A stretch of 64,000 bases of DNA, taken from positions 2,553-66,552 of the forward strand of contig JAFGDO010000002.1 in the NCBI GenBank assembly GCA_016932045.1, in the 5' to 3' direction. The notes below the pieces were generated by a model, which worked only from the letters and a program-made list of their open reading frames with translations, was not told where the DNA came from and did not search any database. How positions within the stretch are numbered: position 1 is the first letter of the stretch; each line of letters opens with the position of its first letter. The position numbers were made by a program, and so were the translations under genes. This stretch comes from Candidatus Dojkabacteria bacterium. GTDB lineage: Bacteria > Patescibacteriota > Dojkabacteria > JAHIVN01. Below are positions 27,796 through 37,902 of the stretch, one piece after another.

Positions 27796-28884
27796 CTAAG
27801 CTAGTGGAACCGTAAAGCTAAAAGTAGAACCTTTTCCAAAGATACTTTCAACTTTGATCTCACCTTTTGACTTTGTGATTATTTCCTTACAAAGATAAAG
27901 TCCAAGTCCTGTACCTTCAATATCTCTTGTTTCGTCACTTTCAACCCTTCCGAATTTTTGAAAAAGCTTTTTTAAATCTACTTTTTTGATACCTATGCCA
28001 GTATCTGTTATTGAAACTTTTGCGTGATTTTTCAATGTCTCGAGTTTTACAGTTATTTTCCCCTTTTCTTTATTGTATTTTGTTGCGTTGCTTAGAAGAT
28101 TTATAAGGACCTGTTTAATTCTTTGCTGATCTGCTAGTACAGTAACTTTGCCTGGGGGATCATAATTAATCGCGATGTTTTTTGTTTTAAAAACTGATTG
28201 CATTTCTTCTATTGTACTCTTTATTATTATATCTAGGTCAAAGTCAGCGGGTACAATTTTTATTGTTCCAGCTTCGATTCGTGCCACATTTAAAAGATCA
28301 TCTACTAATGTAATTAATCTTTCATTGGAAGATTGAATCTGCTGTAAATGACTATAGAGTTCCGGATTTATATGATCCTTACCCTCTTCTAGTGTAATTT
28401 CTAGTGCCCATTTTATCGCAGTGACAGGGGTTTTCAGTTCATGTGCAGCAATGAATACGAACTGATCTTTGAGCTTTTGTATTTCTTTTTCGTGTTTTAT
28501 TGCAAGTGAATGGGCCTTTTCAAGTTCTGCGGTTCTCTTTTTTACAAGCACCTCTAAATTTTCATAGAAGGCTTGAAGTTCAGTGGCTTCTTTTTCCCAC
28601 CCCTTCATTGCTTTATAAACAATATTAATTGCGATTAGAAAAGTAAGGAATGCGAAGATTACTGTATAGTACCATGGTAAACATATCATGTAGGCTGTTG
28701 ATACGATACCGAGAGAGTACATCCCAAATAACCAGCCAAACACCGTTGGTATAATTAATTTCCCGATAACTGTACCTTTGAGACTAGAATAGAATGAATA
28801 ACCTCTTTTTACTATAAGCACCGACATTAATATAAGAACTGGCCATCCTATGCCCAGTATTAAGTATTTAAGTATTTGTTCCAT
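27796..28884 (-). CDS. Sensor histidine kinase (membrane-bound)
   Basis: H-box FIAAHELKTPVTAI, N-box NLLSNATKYN, G1 DTGIGI and G2 GTGLGLYLCKEII. N-terminal TM helices. Confidence 0.8.
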   Translation of the reverse strand: MEQILKYLILGIGWPVLILMSVLIVKRGYSFYSSLKGTVIGKLIIPTVFGWLFGMYSLGIVSTAYMICLPWYYTVIFAFLTFLIAINIVYKAMKGWEKEATELQAFYENLEVLVKKRTAELEKAHSLAIKHEKEIQKLKDQFVFIAAHELKTPVTAIKWALEITLEEGKDHINPELYSHLQQIQSSNERLITLVDDLLNVARIEAGTIKIVPADFDLDIIIKSTIEEMQSVFKTKNIAINYDPPGKVTVLADQQRIKQVLINLLSNATKYNKEKGKITVKLETLKNHAKVSITDTGIGIKKVDLKKLFQKFGRVESDETRDIEGTGLGLYLCKEIITKSKGEIKVESIFGKGSTFSFTVPLA

Positions 28885-28904
28885 ACGGGTACCTTTATAT
28901 AATT

Positions 28905-29546
28905 TTATTTAGTATATTTCATCAGAAACTTCTGTGCCTTTGTTTTAGTAGAATTTCTCCTATTCTTTATTCTTTTCTTTACAAAGTTCAGCACTTTCTT
29001 CTTATTACTCTCTGATATTTGTTCAAAGAATCCGTCAAACGCAATAATTGCATCCCCTAGAATTATATTTTTACACTCACTTGTTTCCCATTTCCCGTTT
29101 TCTGTTTCTAGAAGAAGTTTAGTTATCTTATCCGTAAGTTCAGGTTTAGCTTGTACAATTTTTTCAAGACCACCGATAGTATTTGCAGTTGTTATCATGG
29201 TTTTATCTTGCATAAAGTTTGAGTATTTCTTAAATATCTTTTCGAATCTATTATCATTATCAACAGATGAAAGATTTGCAATTATGTAAATTGCGTTCCA
29301 CTTGAGAATCTTATTCTCACTATCAAGTAGATCTACAAAGAAGTTCCAGTGGGGATAGAGTAATTTGGGATTTTTATCGCTGATTATTCTCAGTATTTTA
29401 GCGCATCCAAATTTTACACGGGCCTTATTGAAAGTTACACCTTCCATGACTTCGGAAAGCAGCATCTTAGAACTTATTACCTTTTGAACTAATGTATCAG
29501 GCTTTTTCCCTTCTAAGAGCTGATTCCAGATTTCTTTCTTTTCCAT
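28905..29546 (-). CDS. Hypothetical alpha-helical (HEAT/ARM-like) protein
   Basis: 213-aa ORF that is helical and Lys-rich. No motif recognised. Confidence 0.35.
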   Translation of the reverse strand: MEKKEIWNQLLEGKKPDTLVQKVISSKMLLSEVMEGVTFNKARVKFGCAKILRIISDKNPKLLYPHWNFFVDLLDSENKILKWNAIYIIANLSSVDNDNRFEKIFKKYSNFMQDKTMITTANTIGGLEKIVQAKPELTDKITKLLLETENGKWETSECKNIILGDAIIAFDGFFEQISESNKKKVLNFVKKRIKNRRNSTKTKAQKFLMKYTK

Positions 29547-29688
29547 AAGTTTATTATGAAAACTTATTTCCAGTATCAGTATAACAGATTGTGGGACGGT
29601 TGGTTAGAGAGATAGAATCATTAGTCGAAGTTACAAACTATTTATAGCAACGTTAGAATTTAAAGAATTAATAATATCTGATAATTAA

Positions 29689-29868
29689 ATGTACGACATA
29701 ATCTTCTACAACTGTGTTGATCTACTGGAATCGATTGCAAACACTGTCGGGATGACGTATGAGGAAGTGAATGTCTGGGTATTTTGTATAATTTGGCCGA
29801 TCGTGTTTCTTATATTGGTTGTTATCGTGGTTTGTCAGTATGTTAAGATAAGAAAAAATTCTAAGTAG
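29689..29868 (+). CDS. Possible small membrane protein (59 aa), not in the ORF track (below 60 aa)
   Basis: ATG at 29689 opens MYDIIFYNCVDLLESIANTVGMTYEEVNVWVFCIIWPIVFLILVVIVVCQYVKIRKNSK, with one clear TM helix and a basic C-terminus. Sits in the intergenic gap before the VWA gene. Confidence 0.3.
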   Translation: MYDIIFYNCVDLLESIANTVGMTYEEVNVWVFCIIWPIVFLILVVIVVCQYVKIRKNSK

Positions 29869-29966
29869 GTATTTGAATACCAATTCCCTACAAAATTTTA
29901 GTGTTTACTTCGTTGTAACCTCTGATTCTTTATAATCTCATCAAATTTAATTCTTAACTACATAAA

Positions 29967-31451
29967 ATGAAGAAGAGAGTATATATCATTCTTCCAGTTA
30001 TCCTTCTGTTTGTGTTTATTTTTGGGGGTATAGCATCTTTGTTTGGTGAGCGAGTATTTGTTTCTATTTGGCGACGGATAAGGGGGCTTGCAAAAGATGT
30101 TCAGGCTGAACTTAAACCAACATCAAAAGTTTATACTGTCCAACAAGACGGGCTCACTTTCAGTGTGCAGTTGGGAAATGACGAAATTTCGGCTGTAAAC
30201 GGGAAAGCGTATATGCTTGTTACTCTTGAGGGAGAAGAACTGTTAGTTCAAACTCTTGAAGAAAGACCGCCACTTAACCTTGCAATTGTAATTGATAAGA
30301 GCGGATCTATGGATGGAGACAAGATTGAGTATGTAAAGAAAGCCGTCATAGAGGCACTAGGTAAGTTGAACGAAGGGGACAGTATTACAATTGTTACATA
30401 TAGCACTGACTTTCAAACAATCTATCGCTACTCTCCAAGACAAGACGCTTGTTTGGATGATTGGTATGTATCTTGTGAGTTTGATAGACAACAGCTTATA
30501 GAAGAAGTGAGCAGTATTACTAGTGGGGGCAGTACCTATCTGGAAGGTGGACTAAAAGAAGGGCTTAGGTGGGTGAATTTGGAAGCGGAACGTAGAGGTC
30601 AGGAAAATCGTGTCATTCTTCTTTCAGATGGTCTTGCAAATGTCGGAGAGTCCGATCCTTATGAACTTGCAAGTATAGTCGAAAAACTGGTTGGGGACTC
30701 AGTAACTGTTTCAACAATTGGCGTTGGAGCTGATTATGATGAGAAGCTTATGACTATGGTTGCAAAGTCTGGCCGAGGAAATTATTACTTTCTTGAGGAT
30801 CCGAAAGATGCTGAAAGAATTTTTACTCAGGAATTTGATACTGCGCTAACAACTCTGGCAAAAGATATACGTGTAAATTTTAATTTAAATGAGGAATTTG
30901 TTATTGCGAAAGGACTTGGATACGAATTTGATACAAGAGGATATTTTGAGCCGTATGATATCTATGCCGGCAGGAAAGTAACTTATCTCTTTGAGCTTAG
31001 TGCAGTTGATGCTGGAAGACTACAATCAGGGGAGATGATGCTTGCTGATCTGGAAATTGATTTTACAAGGACAACGGATAATAGTGTTGAGACTATTGAT
31101 GTGCCGATTAGCATAAATGTGATAAAATTTGGGTGTGACGCTCTAAAAGACGATATTGTGTATGATGAGTACATTCAGGCGCTTGTCTCTGATAAATTAT
31201 GGGTTGTGTACGAACAGTTAGATAAGTCTGATAACAGTGGTGCAAACTTAACTATCGACGAATTATTGAAAGAATTGAAGGTAGCCAATTCACGACTTAC
31301 AGGTAGGTATGACGAACAGATAAGGCAGCTCGAAGAGAAACAAGGATATATTACCGATCTGAAAGATGAGTATATTAATGACAGCGAAACAGGAAGGAAC
31401 TTTCAGAAATCGAATCAGCTAGAATCGTATGAAAAGAAGTACAATAAATAG
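29967..31451 (+). CDS. von Willebrand factor type A (VWA) domain protein, membrane-anchored
   Basis: N-terminal TM helix. MIDAS motif DKSGSMDGDKI, followed by T and D residues (GGSTYLEGGL; LLSDGLANVG) of a VWA fold. Confidence 0.75.
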   Translation: MKKRVYIILPVILLFVFIFGGIASLFGERVFVSIWRRIRGLAKDVQAELKPTSKVYTVQQDGLTFSVQLGNDEISAVNGKAYMLVTLEGEELLVQTLEERPPLNLAIVIDKSGSMDGDKIEYVKKAVIEALGKLNEGDSITIVTYSTDFQTIYRYSPRQDACLDDWYVSCEFDRQQLIEEVSSITSGGSTYLEGGLKEGLRWVNLEAERRGQENRVILLSDGLANVGESDPYELASIVEKLVGDSVTVSTIGVGADYDEKLMTMVAKSGRGNYYFLEDPKDAERIFTQEFDTALTTLAKDIRVNFNLNEEFVIAKGLGYEFDTRGYFEPYDIYAGRKVTYLFELSAVDAGRLQSGEMMLADLEIDFTRTTDNSVETIDVPISINVIKFGCDALKDDIVYDEYIQALVSDKLWVVYEQLDKSDNSGANLTIDELLKELKVANSRLTGRYDEQIRQLEEKQGYITDLKDEYINDSETGRNFQKSNQLESYEKKYNK

Positions 31452-31472
31452 CCCCAGATAGAAAATTAAAAA

Positions 31473-31504
31473 CTGAGAGCTAGAAGGTTCGCGCTAGCTC
31501 TCAG
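31473..31504 (+). terminator. Perfect 11-bp hairpin between the VWA gene and the response regulator (weak U-tract)
   Basis: CTGAGAGCTAG-aaggttcgcg-CTAGCTCTCAG. The downstream tract is only CTGTTCT, so it may act as an attenuator or terminator or as a processing/stability element. Confidence 0.35.
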
Positions 31505-31530
31505 CTGTTCTAAAATATAATTTCACTAAC

Positions 31531-32193
31531 TTGAACATACTAATAATTGAAGATAATAAGAAATTAGCAGAGAATATCAAAAGCGTACTTAAGAGTGAGA
31601 ATTACAATGTTGAGATAGCTTTGAAAGGAGAGGAAGGTTTGGAGAAAATTTTAACCGGTTCTTACAATCTCGTTATACTTGATCTTGCTCTTCCAGACAT
31701 AGATGGTATTGAAATTTGTAGAAGGTTGCGAAAAAAAGGTGTGAGGACTCCGATTCTTATGCTAACTGCAAGAATTGATCTCGAATCAAAAGTTGAGGGT
31801 CTTGATTGCGGAGCTGATGACTATATCACTAAGCCTTTTGATATGGAAGAATTATTGGCTCGTATAAGGGCGCTTCTTAGGCGTAATTCAAGGATGAAAT
31901 CCTCTACTATAACTATTAACGATTCTGTGCAAGTTGATCTGGCTGAAAAAAGTGTGAAAAAAGCCGGAAAAAAGATTAGGCTTTCACCGATGGAGATGCG
32001 TATAATTGAATTCTTACTGATAAATAGAAATAAAGTCAAGAATGCTTCGGAAATATACGAACATGTTTGGGGATGTCATGATTCTGATATCCTATTTTCA
32101 GATTCTTTAAAGGTTCATGTTTCAAGAATTAGGAAAAAGTTAGGTGGCAATACAATTAAAACTGTAGGAGGATTTGGATATTTAATTGAATAG
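31531..32193 (+). CDS. Response regulator, OmpR/PhoB family (receiver plus winged helix)
   Basis: TTG start. Receiver motifs ILIIEDN, DLALPDIDG and LMLTAR. C-terminal trans_reg_C-like LSPMEMRIIEFLL...VHVSRIRKKL...GYLI. Confidence 0.85.
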   Translation: MNILIIEDNKKLAENIKSVLKSENYNVEIALKGEEGLEKILTGSYNLVILDLALPDIDGIEICRRLRKKGVRTPILMLTARIDLESKVEGLDCGADDYITKPFDMEELLARIRALLRRNSRMKSSTITINDSVQVDLAEKSVKKAGKKIRLSPMEMRIIEFLLINRNKVKNASEIYEHVWGCHDSDILFSDSLKVHVSRIRKKLGGNTIKTVGGFGYLIE

Positions 32194-32196
32194 AAA

Positions 32197-33522
32197 ATGA
32201 ATATTTCCTTTAAAAAAACAAGAATAAAAATAGCACTGTTCTTTTCATTCTTTTCAAGCATCCTTCTCATCACAGCTACAATTCTTATGATCTTTCTGAT
32301 TGAATCTGAGCTTGAGAAACAAGCAATGAGTATGCTGGAAGATAGCCTTTCAACTGTAATCGAGGATTTTCAGGCAAATAGGCTTGAGGAGAAAGAGGTT
32401 AAGTTTCAAGCCAGTAATTTGATGCGGAGTAATGAGGAGGTTGAAAAGGATGTGCCCAATATTTACGATTCGCAAGAATTGCAAAAAAAGGATGTAGCTC
32501 TGGAGGAGAAAGAAGTAATGTCTAGTGAAATTCCGGAGGATTTCAAAGAGCTCCAGGAGAACAAAACTGTTTTTTCGAGAATTATTCTGGCTAACGGAGA
32601 TATAGCGTACTCTTCAGATCTTTTTGATTCATTCTATATAGATCCTCAAGATAAGGGATTTAAGAAGCATGTACAATATGGGACGTGTGTTTATTCCTAT
32701 ACTGCAGATGTTACAGATGGTGAAAATTCGGGAAGTATCGTTCAAGTTGCGCAGTATTGTGCTTTCACGATAAAGCAAAGAAATAATATTCTTAAGCTTA
32801 TGATTTTTGTTACACTGATTTCGTCATTTGCAACATTTCTTCTAGGGCTTTTAATAGCAAAGATCTTCATGAGGCCTTTGGAAAAGTCGGTCGAGCAAAC
32901 AAGGGCTTTTACACGAAATTGTTATCACGAACTATTAACACCTATTACTTTAGCTATGACTACTGCTGACGCTTCGACGAGATCGGGAAGGTATAAAGAT
33001 GGTTTGTTTTCTATAAAGGAAGATCTTGGGCAATGTAAAAGGGCACTAAATCTTTTGAGTTCAAATGCTCTCCGTGAACAGCTATCCTTGTCTTCAGAAA
33101 AAGCTGATGTAGCTGAGATTCTTGAGCAGGTAATAAGTGAGTGTAAAAAGAAGCATGATAGAAAAAGTGTAAGAATAGATGCAGGTGGTGAGAAAAAGAA
33201 GGTTTTCAAGAAAGGAAATACAACGGCAATGAAAATGATTTTTAAAAATCTTATTGATAATGCATTAAAGTATTCAAGAGAGAATTCTACTATTAATGTC
33301 ACTCTAAATAATAAAGAGTTTATGGTTGTAAATACTGTATATTCACCAAAAGATATAGACATTGAGAACTTCTTTAAAATGACTTACCGAGGGAAGAATG
33401 CACGCAGTGTTCAAGGGAATGGTATTGGACTGCTTCTTGTTGCTGAACTCGCTGAAGCTCATGGATGGAGTGTTAAGGCGCTGCTTGAAGGTAAAGAAGT
33501 GATTATTAGAGTAATTTGGTAA
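32197..33522 (+). CDS. Sensor histidine kinase (membrane-bound), cognate partner of the 31531 regulator
   Basis: H-box CYHELLTPITLA, N-box NLIDNALKYS and G2 GNGIGLLLVAELAEAHG. N-terminal TM. Confidence 0.75.
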   Translation: MNISFKKTRIKIALFFSFFSSILLITATILMIFLIESELEKQAMSMLEDSLSTVIEDFQANRLEEKEVKFQASNLMRSNEEVEKDVPNIYDSQELQKKDVALEEKEVMSSEIPEDFKELQENKTVFSRIILANGDIAYSSDLFDSFYIDPQDKGFKKHVQYGTCVYSYTADVTDGENSGSIVQVAQYCAFTIKQRNNILKLMIFVTLISSFATFLLGLLIAKIFMRPLEKSVEQTRAFTRNCYHELLTPITLAMTTADASTRSGRYKDGLFSIKEDLGQCKRALNLLSSNALREQLSLSSEKADVAEILEQVISECKKKHDRKSVRIDAGGEKKKVFKKGNTTAMKMIFKNLIDNALKYSRENSTINVTLNNKEFMVVNTVYSPKDIDIENFFKMTYRGKNARSVQGNGIGLLLVAELAEAHGWSVKALLEGKEVIIRVIW

Positions 33523-33575
33523 ATGGTTCAGGGGAAGGTCTTTTGAAGCGGAAATAGTATATCCGGAATGAAGAA

Positions 33576-35480
33576 TCAACTTAAGATATTTTTAGCTTTT
33601 CTGTTTTCTTTCTCGAGATAACAGTATATTGCAGTACAAACAAGTAAGGTAGCGATACCCAAAATTTGTACTGTGAGGGTGTTTTGTCCAGTTTCAGGCA
33701 GGTTAGGACTTAAGCCACCTGTACCGTACATAGCTTCTACTTTCCAATAGGAGATCCCTCCAAAGTTTACAATGCTTACATTTGGATCTGCTTCAGTTAA
33801 TGTAAAGTATCCTTCACATTCAGGTGTAACTTCTTCCAAAGTTTGAGCGAGTGGGCAAATTCCTACATAATCATCAATAGATCCTCTGGGGACAAAAAGA
33901 GCATGAACTCCTGTTCCACCTGCAATATCTTCAAATCCAGTAATCACTGATTTTTTTGTATCAACGTTCGTTTGCCCGGTTACATGAGTCCAGTCAGCAT
34001 CACTTGAGAGATCAACTTCTAGTTCAACAATTAGATGTCCATTCTCATCAGTTACTAATACTCTTTGTAATCCTCGTATTCCGTCTGCTGATCCGATCTC
34101 TATGTTATGACCGCCTGCGTCCATTACATTAAAGCCAGCTGGTAATTCTATCTGATAACCGAATAAACCTTTAAATAAAAGCATATCATAGTCAGAAGAT
34201 CCTGCACTAAGTCCTACCGTGATAAATGAATCAGAAGAAATCATTTGTAAAGCACTAAAGCCGTCATCTTCATCTCCTCCCGCGATGTTGGAGTAACTTG
34301 TATAACCTGTGGAGTAAAAGTTGGTGTCATTTGTGCCATCGCTGTTGAAAGAAAAAAGAGAAGCGTCCCAAGCAGTATCGTTAGGAGATGTATCCCCCGC
34401 AATAAAAATATTACCTGAATCTAATATCACAAGATCATTGCCTTCTGCGTTAAAGTTATAAGGCTCTTCGAAAAATGCAGCACCGTTCGTTCCAAACGAT
34501 GTATCGAGCGATCCGTTAGTGTTATATCGCAAAACAACAAGTTGTCGATTATTCCATATTTGTCTATACCCGGTGACAATGATTTTCCCGTCGGTTTGAA
34601 TCTCAACATCGTAACCGTCCATAAAATCATATCCTGAAAATTGTTTGTCATATCCATCTGTACTAAAGCTAGTATCAAGAGAACCATCGGTATTGTATCT
34701 CCATGTTGTCAATCCATCAGTACCGCTAAAAGCAGTAGTCCCAGTTACTACATATTTGCCATCTGTTTGAATAGCAATACCATATCCAATTCCAAATGTG
34801 TCTGCACCACAATCAAAAACTGCAATTCCATCTGAATCGAAACTAGAAACTAATGAACCATTCGAGTCATATTTCCATAGAGTCATGCCATCTGTTCCTT
34901 GATATAAATTGCTTTCACCGACGACAACTATCTCACCATCGTTTTCGACTTTTACATCATATCCATAAGACCATTGTTCAGAAGCATAGACAAAGCCTGT
35001 AGTTGCAAAAGAGGTATCTAGAGTACCATTGGTGTTGTATCTTAATACAATCATGTAGGTTATATCATCGTTTCTTATAACTGAGCCTGTAACAACAATT
35101 TTGCCGTCGGATTGGATATCTAAAGCGTGAGCTTCCTCCATATATCCGTCATAAAATGTAACAATGCCGTCTCCACTGAAAGTTGTATCCAACGTTCCAT
35201 CTGTATTAAATCTGTAAACTCTTAAAGAGTCAGTAGGTGGCCAGTCAGGCTCTGTTGTGTATCCGCATACGACGTATTTACCATCGCTTTGTATTGCAAC
35301 ATCTGTTGCATAATCCTCCATATCATCATAAGTTACGAAACCATCTCCTCCAAAAGAACTGTCAGGTATAATTACTTTTGCCCGTACCGGAAAATGAAAA
35401 AATAGTGAAACAGCGAGGATGAAAAGAAATACGAGAATCAACTTAATAATTGACATGTAATAGGTTTTATAAATATGCAT
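33576..35480 (-). CDS. Delta-60-repeat beta-propeller surface protein with signal peptide and C-terminal TM anchor
   Basis: Repeated YNTDGSLDTSFxxDG units (FNTDGTLDTTFSGDG, YNTNGTLDTSFATTG, YDSNGSLVSSFDSDG, YNTDGSLDTSFSTDG, YNTNGSLDTSFGTNG). C-terminal GIATLLVCTAIYCYL plus a basic tail. Confidence 0.65.
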   Translation of the reverse strand: MHIYKTYYMSIIKLILVFLFILAVSLFFHFPVRAKVIIPDSSFGGDGFVTYDDMEDYATDVAIQSDGKYVVCGYTTEPDWPPTDSLRVYRFNTDGTLDTTFSGDGIVTFYDGYMEEAHALDIQSDGKIVVTGSVIRNDDITYMIVLRYNTNGTLDTSFATTGFVYASEQWSYGYDVKVENDGEIVVVGESNLYQGTDGMTLWKYDSNGSLVSSFDSDGIAVFDCGADTFGIGYGIAIQTDGKYVVTGTTAFSGTDGLTTWRYNTDGSLDTSFSTDGYDKQFSGYDFMDGYDVEIQTDGKIIVTGYRQIWNNRQLVVLRYNTNGSLDTSFGTNGAAFFEEPYNFNAEGNDLVILDSGNIFIAGDTSPNDTAWDASLFSFNSDGTNDTNFYSTGYTSYSNIAGGDEDDGFSALQMISSDSFITVGLSAGSSDYDMLLFKGLFGYQIELPAGFNVMDAGGHNIEIGSADGIRGLQRVLVTDENGHLIVELEVDLSSDADWTHVTGQTNVDTKKSVITGFEDIAGGTGVHALFVPRGSIDDYVGICPLAQTLEEVTPECEGYFTLTEADPNVSIVNFGGISYWKVEAMYGTGGLSPNLPETGQNTLTVQILGIATLLVCTAIYCYLEKENRKAKNILS

Positions 35481-35632
35481 GTTAAGGCAGGAAATGTGTA
35501 AATTTTTCTAAAATATATATTAACAAAAAGCCTTAGAAAGTAAAGAGATAAGAAATATACACGTAAGCTGATAATTGCTAAAAAGTTGGATAAGTTCTAT
35601 TATATTTATAACTATTCTTTTAATTATCAGTT

Positions 35633-36094
35633 ATGAAAAAACTTTTATTTATTTGCGGTGTATTGATAACATGCTTTTATTTTGTAAGATTACCTGTTTT
35701 TTCAGCTCCGGCAGAATGGGGGATAGCAATTAATGATGAGGATGAAGAATGTGCGGGTTATTGGGCAGGGGACGAATTTGTCTCATATGGTCTTCCAGAA
35801 GGCTGGAAAGCTTATTATCCAGAATCTACCGGTGTGAATGCAGGGGTGATAGTAACCCCATATGGCAAGTGTGACTTCTATGAGGGAGAAGAAGAGTGTT
35901 GTGATTCTCTGGGATTAAAATATGTCTCTGAAAATATTGGAAAGACAAATGGTGAGGAGGACGAGCCATTGGGCGGGCTTATAAGTCCTTTTACAGCGCT
36001 TACTATTTGGGGTGTTTGCTGTTGCTTTGTCCTGCTTATCGTAATAGTAATAATTATCATACTTGTACTTATAGGTAGAAAGAAAAAAGTCTAA
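35633..36094 (+). CDS. Small Cys-rich exported protein with C-terminal TM anchor and RKKKV tail
   Basis: Signal-like N-terminus and an acidic Cys-containing ectodomain. C-terminal WGVCCCFVLLIVIVIIIILVLIGRKKKV. Confidence 0.4.
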   Translation: MKKLLFICGVLITCFYFVRLPVFSAPAEWGIAINDEDEECAGYWAGDEFVSYGLPEGWKAYYPESTGVNAGVIVTPYGKCDFYEGEEECCDSLGLKYVSENIGKTNGEEDEPLGGLISPFTALTIWGVCCCFVLLIVIVIIIILVLIGRKKKV

Positions 36095-36126
36095 AGTATT
36101 GATGTATTCTTGGAGCAAATATGAGG

Positions 36127-36942
36127 TTATTTTACTAAATCTCTTTTAAGGAAGATTACGCCGCTGACTATTGTACTGATTATTATTGTTCCCATAAACA
36201 CAATTACATTTAATCCTCCGATTACGGCATCAATCAATGCACTGTTGTAATCATAATAGTGGAATAATGACAAGTACTGAAGCCATTCTGCTGACTCATT
36301 GAACGCTGATGCAACATTAGCAGCATACATTAGGATTACAAGACCTGTTGTTAACATAGATGCGATACCCTTCCTTGATACTATGCATGAAAACATCATA
36401 CTTATGCTGAAAATGCTGAGTCCGAAGAGGAAACCTATAATTCCGATATAAAGGTTACTTTTAAGTGAAATATCAAAGTCGTACAGAACAGCAAATGGTA
36501 TGATAGAAAATACTGAAATTATTGTAAAAATTATTACCAATATGACCCCGGAGATATATTTACCTGCAAAAATCTGAAATCGAGATATAGGTTGAGACAA
36601 GAGGAATTCCATCGTGCTTTTTTCAATTTCTCCAGATATGAAATTGCTGCCTAATGAAATCACCAAAACAATGATGAGTAGAGGCCACATGATGCTATAG
36701 TGTTCTGTCGCCATAAATGATTCCATGGACCCGAAAATGTTACCAATTTTATCGATTTCGAGTCCTACAGCTTTGAAAAGTCCCTCTGGGTAGTGAGTAA
36801 ATAACTCCTTAAGTTCTTCCGATTCTTCTTGTACTGAAGGATAAAATGCACAGAACATCCAAATGAATAGAACCGCAATTAGACAATAGATAAGTAAGGT
36901 CTTTCCTTTAATCCAAATTGTTCTTTTAATTAGGGTGAACAT
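36127..36942 (-). CDS. ABC-2-type transporter permease
   Basis: Six predicted TM helices. Immediately downstream of the ABC ATPase gene. Confidence 0.6.
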   Translation of the reverse strand: MFTLIKRTIWIKGKTLLIYCLIAVLFIWMFCAFYPSVQEESEELKELFTHYPEGLFKAVGLEIDKIGNIFGSMESFMATEHYSIMWPLLIIVLVISLGSNFISGEIEKSTMEFLLSQPISRFQIFAGKYISGVILVIIFTIISVFSIIPFAVLYDFDISLKSNLYIGIIGFLFGLSIFSISMMFSCIVSRKGIASMLTTGLVILMYAANVASAFNESAEWLQYLSLFHYYDYNSALIDAVIGGLNVIVFMGTIIISTIVSGVIFLKRDLVK

Positions 36943-36945
36943 ATT

Positions 36946-37815
36946 CTATTTATAGAATTCTAAAAATATTTTTTCCAAATCAGCATGGCGAATCTCGATA
37001 TCTTTGAGGGGCATTGAGTTTAATTTTTTGAGTACAGGTCTTATATCGCCTTTTACGTTTAACATAAAACCATCTCCGAGATCTTTTGAAATTTTTATCC
37101 CGTTTTCTTGCAATTGTTTCTTTGTGGTTTGCTTTTCGAAGTAGACGTATACAGAGTAAAGCCGTTTCTTTTTAAGCTCTGAAATTTTCTCCTCTGTAAC
37201 TATTTTCCCATCTTTTAGTATCAGAACTCTATTACATATCCTTTCTACTTCTGGCAAGTTGTGCGAAGACATAAAGATAGTTGTACCTTTTTTAGCTTCA
37301 TCTGCTAGCACATCAAGTATGACATCCTGAAGAATGGGATCGAGTCCGGTAGTTGGTTCATCTAGTATCAGTACTTTTGGCTTGTGCATCATTGAAATTA
37401 TTAGTTCCAGCTTCTGCTTGTTGCCTGAAGATAGGTCTTCAACTTTCTTAGTAGTATCGAAATCTAATTTTTTTATTAGTTCATTTGGGAACTCAACATC
37501 ATTATGTAGACTCCTGACAAACTGTATATGTTCAACCCCTGTCCAGTTATCATAAAGATGAGTATCAGCCGGTATAAATCCAATATCTTTCTTTAAATTG
37601 CTAGCCTGTTCCTTTGAGTCTTTTCCAAGAATTTTAATTGATCCGAAGTCAGGACGGAGTATATCTATCATGCAGCGGATAGTTGTGGTTTTGCCGGCAC
37701 CATTCGGACCAAGAAACCCCAGGATCTCACCTTTTTGCACTTCAAATGAGATTCCGTCAACTGCCTTTGTCGGGCCGAAATACTTTTTTAAGTTTTGGAC
37801 TTTGATGATAGACAT
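36946..37815 (-). CDS. ABC transporter ATP-binding protein
   Basis: Walker A GPNGAGKTTT, signature LSSGNKQKL, Walker B VLILDEPTTGLD and an H-loop. Confidence 0.85.
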   Translation of the reverse strand: MSIIKVQNLKKYFGPTKAVDGISFEVQKGEILGFLGPNGAGKTTTIRCMIDILRPDFGSIKILGKDSKEQASNLKKDIGFIPADTHLYDNWTGVEHIQFVRSLHNDVEFPNELIKKLDFDTTKKVEDLSSGNKQKLELIISMMHKPKVLILDEPTTGLDPILQDVILDVLADEAKKGTTIFMSSHNLPEVERICNRVLILKDGKIVTEEKISELKKKRLYSVYVYFEKQTTKKQLQENGIKISKDLGDGFMLNVKGDIRPVLKKLNSMPLKDIEIRHADLEKIFLEFYK

Positions 37816-37902
37816 TATTTGTATTTCAAAGCTACAAGTATGTTAGCAAAGAAATGATTTTATTGTAAATAGCTCGAGTTATCTTAAGTTTATTTATCCT
37901 GT

